64,000 nucleotides of DNA from Candidatus Latescibacterota bacterium. GTDB taxonomy: Bacteria; Latescibacterota; UBA2968. Positions 59,900-64,000 of this stretch are shown one piece after another; the stretch's first letter is position 1, and every line of letters begins with the position of its first letter. The translations under genes were made by a program, and so were the position numbers. Location: the NCBI GenBank assembly GCA_965207885.1, contig OZ242311.1, forward strand, positions 2,496,001-2,560,000, in the 5' to 3' direction. The notes below the pieces were generated by a model. It was not told the origin of the DNA. It saw only the letters and a list, made by a program, of their open reading frames with translations, and ran no database searches.

Positions 59900-60443
59900 A
59901 TGTCTCCTTTTAAATGCTATCTCGGTCCCTTGTATTTTCGTCCGCGATCGGCCACACGGCGCTCTCTGACCAGAGCCAGGATTGGGACACCATAACCACA
60001 ACTCGTTTGCGTTTTTTCAATGTTTACTTCAATCACTTGCCGAGGTTTCTTCAATTCTTGAGCAGGTCTTTTGAGCATCTTACGTGCGAGAGGCGAGTCG
60101 TCAAGCTCAACGATCCGCGCATGTCCATAGAGTCGAACAATGCCCGCATCACCTTCCTCAAAGGAGCATACCATGATCGTGATTGGCCCCCCAGAGGTCG
60201 CCTGACGCGCTGTCTCGTTCCCACTACCGGGATAGTCGAGGTAAGCAACGCGATTTGGCGTGAGAATATGCAAGGGCGTTCCACCCTTTGGCGACAAATT
60301 TACAGCACCTGTTCCATCAGGCCCGTTTTCCAAATTTGGATCGGCTGTTGCTACAAAGAATAGGGGAGCGTTCTTGATTAGCGCTGCTTGCTCATCTGTT
60401 ATAGAAGTGTATTGCGTTGCCATTTCGCGTATGTCTCCTTTTA
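59900..60443 (-). repeat. 13-bp direct repeat TAAAAGGAGACAT flanking one gene
   Basis: Plus-strand ATGTCTCCTTTTA at 59900-59912 and 60431-60443. Confidence 0.75.
59917..60423 (-). CDS. Pyridoxamine 5'-phosphate oxidase-like FMN-binding protein
   Basis: FFVATA, VNLSPKG, YLDYPGSGNET, RLYG, QTSCGYGVP. Confidence 0.88.
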   Translation of the reverse strand: MATQYTSITDEQAALIKNAPLFFVATADPNLENGPDGTGAVNLSPKGGTPLHILTPNRVAYLDYPGSGNETARQATSGGPITIMVCSFEEGDAGIVRLYGHARIVELDDSPLARKMLKRPAQELKKPRQVIEVNIEKTQTSCGYGVPILALVRERRVADRGRKYKGPR

Positions 60444-60869
60444 GCGGCGGTATTTGGCTAACTCGGTTTTGACCTTGTGGAAAAGATCAGGCTGAATCTC
60501 TGGATAGGTCAGTTTTTCAGGGAGATTATCATCGAGAGAGATTTCCGATATTTCAGAATTGAGCATTTTCTTCAGTTTTTCTACTTGGGCATGAAACAGG
60601 AGGCCATAGGAGGTCCGTTCCTCGTGTTCCACCGAATATGTACAGATTCTCTTCAGTTCAAAAGTTTCTGCGCCAGTCTCCTCGTGTAGTTCTCTTGCCG
60701 CAGCCTCCATTGGCTTCTCTCCAGGCTCAATGTGGCCACCGGGAATTTCCCATGTATCTCTGTCTTTGTGCTTGCAGAAGATCCATTTGCCTTTGGTCTC
60801 AGCAACAATAACTACGTATGTGAGATCGCGATTTGTGATAGTTCCCACTTCAGGAAATGAAACGACCAC
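60441..60869 (-). CDS. Nudix hydrolase
   Basis: PGGHIEPGEKPMEAAARELHEETG; LTYPEIQ. Confidence 0.92.
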   Translation of the reverse strand: MVVSFPEVGTITNRDLTYVVIVAETKGKWIFCKHKDRDTWEIPGGHIEPGEKPMEAAARELHEETGAETFELKRICTYSVEHEERTSYGLLFHAQVEKLKKMLNSEISEISLDDNLPEKLTYPEIQPDLFHKVKTELAKYRR

Positions 60870-61100
60870 TCAGTTCCTCCAAGGCTTAACATTGAGAGGT
60901 AGTGTCCGTCCTGCTCTATGTGCTACAATGGCCTCATCGGCCAACCGCTCCAGTAAATCCTCGGACTCGGGGCGGCTAAATAACTCAGCCCATCGCTGAT
61001 CCGACTCAAGTTCGGCCAGCAGGAAACGCGCAAATTTATCTTGTTCCTCTTGAGGGAGTTTGGTGGCTCTCTCGAAAGCCTTTTGAAGAAGTGGAGTCAT
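60870..61100 (-). CDS. Small antitoxin-like protein (partner toxin absent)
   Basis: MT.LL.KAF....KLP..EQD..A..LL.EL....RW...F....DLL..LADEA....AGRT.PL pattern typical of antitoxins preceding RelE-like toxins; SD AAGGAG. Confidence 0.6.
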   Translation of the reverse strand: MTPLLQKAFERATKLPQEEQDKFARFLLAELESDQRWAELFSRPESEDLLERLADEAIVAHRAGRTLPLNVKPWRN

Positions 61101-61125
61101 TTGTTTTACTCCTTCCTGAGTGAAC

Positions 61126-61191
61126 AATTAACGTTTTCGCCGTGCCCGAACCTCGGGCTATGCGCTGAAATCGCGTATGAATGTGTTAGCC
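61126..61191 (-). other. attC-like element (degenerate)
   Basis: Minus strand GGCTAAC...GTTAATT, 66 bp, with internal hairpin GCCCGA-GGT-TCGGGC; cores are imperfect. Confidence 0.35.
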
Positions 61192-61273
61192 ACCGAACGT
61201 TTGTTTTTTAGCCCGCAGCAGGATTTGGTTTGTTTATTTGAAATCCAAGTTGTGTGATTTTGCCATCACCGAA

Positions 61274-61930
61274 TTAGTAGTGCTTTATAGTATCATACAT
61301 AGATAAATCATTCCAATCCGCTCCCAATTTCGGGCGAGTGAGCGACGCTTCGGGGCACCACTGTTCTAGACTTTCCGAATACAGCCCACCATTACGCTCA
61401 ATTTCTATAACTGCGAGTAGCCCTTCTTCTCTGACTGCTTTGCCCTGCACAGGTGTCAGGCGCCCAAGTTCCACAGCAAGGTCAAGTTCATCTTGATCTT
61501 TCCATCTCCAATTGCGATTAGGTTCAACAATAATATCTAATTGATGATCTCTAAAATCAAAGCCCAGACGCGTACGACATAGTTTACTTTGCAGGTTTAC
61601 ATACCAACCTTGAAACACGCGATCTGCCGACCATCGCACCCAAGTTGCACGACAATTGTCCGGACGAACTACGATCAGAAGTTCTGCCCATTGCCAAATC
61701 GAATCCACCAATGCCCAAGATCCCTCCACCCAATTACGTGGTGTGCCCGGAGTGTGGTTCAGCAATACCGGCTTTTTCGTCGGTGTTCCCAATGGAAGCC
61801 AAAGAGCAATTTGCACATCAGAATCTTCAATAACGGTGACGGGTTTCACATCGACAACTTGACCATGCTCGTCAAGTTCTCGATATAGAATTGGTTCGCC
61901 GTAACAAAATTTAGACGGTATATATTTCAT
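61274..61930 (-). CDS. DUF402 family protein
   Basis: PVTVIED, GWYVNLQ, DHQLDIIV, WRWKDQDEL. Confidence 0.8.
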   Translation of the reverse strand: MKYIPSKFCYGEPILYRELDEHGQVVDVKPVTVIEDSDVQIALWLPLGTPTKKPVLLNHTPGTPRNWVEGSWALVDSIWQWAELLIVVRPDNCRATWVRWSADRVFQGWYVNLQSKLCRTRLGFDFRDHQLDIIVEPNRNWRWKDQDELDLAVELGRLTPVQGKAVREEGLLAVIEIERNGGLYSESLEQWCPEASLTRPKLGADWNDLSMYDTIKHY

Positions 61931-62008
61931 GAAGAGAGCACTGTTCAAATAAATTGGCACCGGAAACAGCCATGTTTACGATGTTAGACGCCGTATAACA
62001 GATGATCC

Positions 62009-62977
62009 CTATCGCAGCCACGTCCACGCAGCCCGAGTTGCTGGATAGGCTATCTCTTCTCCCAAATGCAATTTCTTCACTTCTGGATCTTTAATCGCGC
62101 GACGAACACCCTGGGCATATTGATATATTTCATTGTCCGGGTAGGCCGTGCCTGCTCGACCCGTTGCAGAAAAGCCAAGTTGCTGGAGCTTCTCCGTATA
62201 AATCATCTCTATGCGATCAACCAATTCTCGTTTACCATTCACCTTCTCGAATCCCTCCTCAAGCAGGGGAGAAACTTTGTCGGCAATAGTGCCCAATTTC
62301 CTGAATTCTGTCCACAACCATTTGTGGTAGGGTGCATAACGCTGACTCATTAGAAAACCAACCTTCATTGCGTACTCTGCGAATTTTGTCCAATAGCAAC
62401 ACGCACTCACATGGTCTCCTCGCGTCTCCGCCCTGAAGAGTTGCTTTCGTCCCCACTCATAGCACCAGGAGAGGCAAGCTCCCAGCCGCTGCTTCCATAC
62501 ATCATCCGGATATTTGGAGAATGCTCGAAAGCGAGCACTGACAATGCCCGGCCCATCGTGATAAAGTCTATTCGGGGTCAACTCAAACAGATACGGTTCT
62601 GGTATTCGCAACCAGTCCACGGGTGACTGAGGCGGCTCTGAGAATCCGACCATAGATTTTATATAGCTACTGATTTCCATTACAATACAGGTCCTGACCT
62701 CTGGTTTCTGCCATCGAAATCCGTCATACTCATGGGGAAGGGTATCCAGTATTTCTTGAAGTTCCTCGCCGTAATCATCGAAATCGTCTTTGGCAAGCCA
62801 CACCATGAATTCCGGTCCCCAGCCATGATCACGAGACACATCATCGTCGTTTTTGTGCGCTTGAGAGCCTAAACCAACGCCTACTGCCAGTTTCGGGATA
62901 CATCTGGGCAATTGTTGCTCAATGGCAGGTAGCCCAATCTCCTGAAAGAATCGCTCTGATAGTTCAAATCCTTTCAT
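62009..62977 (-). CDS. DUF4037-domain (nucleotidyltransferase-like) protein
   Basis: MKGFELSERFF, GS....DDDVSRDHGWGP, WLRIPE, YPDDVW, YAPYHKW. Confidence 0.8.
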   Translation of the reverse strand: MKGFELSERFFQEIGLPAIEQQLPRCIPKLAVGVGLGSQAHKNDDDVSRDHGWGPEFMVWLAKDDFDDYGEELQEILDTLPHEYDGFRWQKPEVRTCIVMEISSYIKSMVGFSEPPQSPVDWLRIPEPYLFELTPNRLYHDGPGIVSARFRAFSKYPDDVWKQRLGACLSWCYEWGRKQLFRAETRGDHVSACCYWTKFAEYAMKVGFLMSQRYAPYHKWLWTEFRKLGTIADKVSPLLEEGFEKVNGKRELVDRIEMIYTEKLQQLGFSATGRAGTAYPDNEIYQYAQGVRRAIKDPEVKKLHLGEEIAYPATRAAWTWLR

Positions 62978-63007
62978 CGAGTCCTCCGCGATTTTAAATA
63001 CTCCAGA

Positions 63008-63679
63008 TTATGACAGACTGTTCATTGATTTATCACCTGACCGGCCTGTGAAAACTGCCACTTTATACTCAATCTCAATATCTACTTTGCTACCCGATTT
63101 GCGCCCGTTGAGCGTCCAATAAAATGACAGAAGCTCCTGGGCTTCCTCTATGGAGTCAAACTTAAAACTGGTCTCCAAAATATGACTCTCAAAACCTCTC
63201 TTATACCACCAGGATGAATCACTGGAAATATCGCGCTCAAAAAGACCGCAGAATGCGTCATCTCCTGCATTATCTACAATGCAGATTGGACCTTGAGGCT
63301 TGACCACTCTGATCAATTCTTTCAATCCCTCTTCTCCATATCCCATAGCAGGAAAAAAGTACGCCCATGTAGCATAGGCTCCTTCAAAGGAATTTGATCT
63401 GAAGGGAAGTTCCTGTGCAATTCCTCTGCCCCAGGGAAGGGATTGATTCAGATCAATCATGTTATAGGATGGCTCATAGGGTATAACCCTTCTATTACTT
63501 CTGGTTAGCAATGCTGCCGCATATCCATTTCCCGCTCCAATGTCAATCGTCTTTCCGGAAGGCAAGATTTTATCGAGGTACTCAATGACGACGCCATCTT
63601 TATCCATACATCGCCGTTCAATCTCAAATAGATGGCGGTTTTCGGATCCGTAGAAGGGTATAATTTTGCTTTTATTCAT
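63008..63679 (-). CDS. Class I SAM-dependent methyltransferase
   Basis: IDIGAGNG, GIAQELPF, RVVKPQG. Confidence 0.88.
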   Translation of the reverse strand: MNKSKIIPFYGSENRHLFEIERRCMDKDGVVIEYLDKILPSGKTIDIGAGNGYAAALLTRSNRRVIPYEPSYNMIDLNQSLPWGRGIAQELPFRSNSFEGAYATWAYFFPAMGYGEEGLKELIRVVKPQGPICIVDNAGDDAFCGLFERDISSDSSWWYKRGFESHILETSFKFDSIEEAQELLSFYWTLNGRKSGSKVDIEIEYKVAVFTGRSGDKSMNSLS

Positions 63680-63700
63680 TTAAAGTTTCAATTGACGTGC

Positions 63701-64000
63701 TCACACATCATGGATAATCCACACATTGGGTTCTTCGTGATAGCCAAAGTTGTTTTCTCGGTCAATTGAGACGAGTGCCAATGCCCCTGGAACGACGTAT
63801 TCTCCCGATGTTGGGAAGGACATGTCCGTCCATTTCTCCCAATCATTGACTGTACCTCGGACAGACATTGATTTCGGTGCCGCCCGTGCAATCCGACCTC
63901 CAATTTTCCAATGTACTCGGATCCATGGATCAAAGGGCTGCCCATCCTCTCGTTGCCACGCTATATAGTCCTCAATTGCCGTGAGCGGATATCTATCCTT
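63701..64000 (-). CDS. C-terminal part of a GNAT-related transferase (5' end outside window; not in ORF track)
   Basis: Manual translation: KDRYPL..IEDYI.W.REDG.PFDPWIRVH..IGG...W..WT...FP.SG.Y.VPGAL..V.ID......EPNVW..H..*. Confidence 0.75.
   Translation of the reverse strand, partial: KDRYPLTAIEDYIAWQREDGQPFDPWIRVHWKIGGRIARAAPKSMSVRGTVNDWEKWTDMSFPTSGEYVVPGALALVSIDRENNFGYHEEPNVWIIHDV

Overview
Bacterial chromosomal segment, roughly 52% GC and densely coding. I saw no rRNA, tRNA or CRISPR array. The gene content (four PhyH dioxygenases, two sulfatase-fold enzymes, a heparinase II/III-like lyase, a DUF6785-type membrane protein) resembles marine or sponge-associated FCB/PVC-type heterotrophs; this is an inference only. 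The left part holds catabolic genes, an XPB-like helicase and a DUF790/Bax1 nuclease split by four inserted genes, an M16 peptidase and sucC. It also holds an fmdB-[AccI-like R-M]-dnaK unit behind a strong sigma54-type promoter with a tandem upstream repeat. The cognate site GTMKAC is almost absent: I found one by eye versus about 60 expected. The middle holds a catabolic operon with two lesions (an IS insertion and a frameshift) and a sulfatase-like enzyme with Thr at the nucleophile position. From 35.4 kb to the end every gene is on the minus strand. The stretch from 43.6 to 64 kb is a patchwork of small, unrelated cassette-type genes with relic integron core sites, one attC-like element and Shine-Dalgarno-anchored junction repeats, but no integrase. 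Two apparently identical 937-bp IS5-family copies (TA duplication, GCTTAG target) each interrupt a gene. All calls come from reading motifs by eye; no database searches were run.
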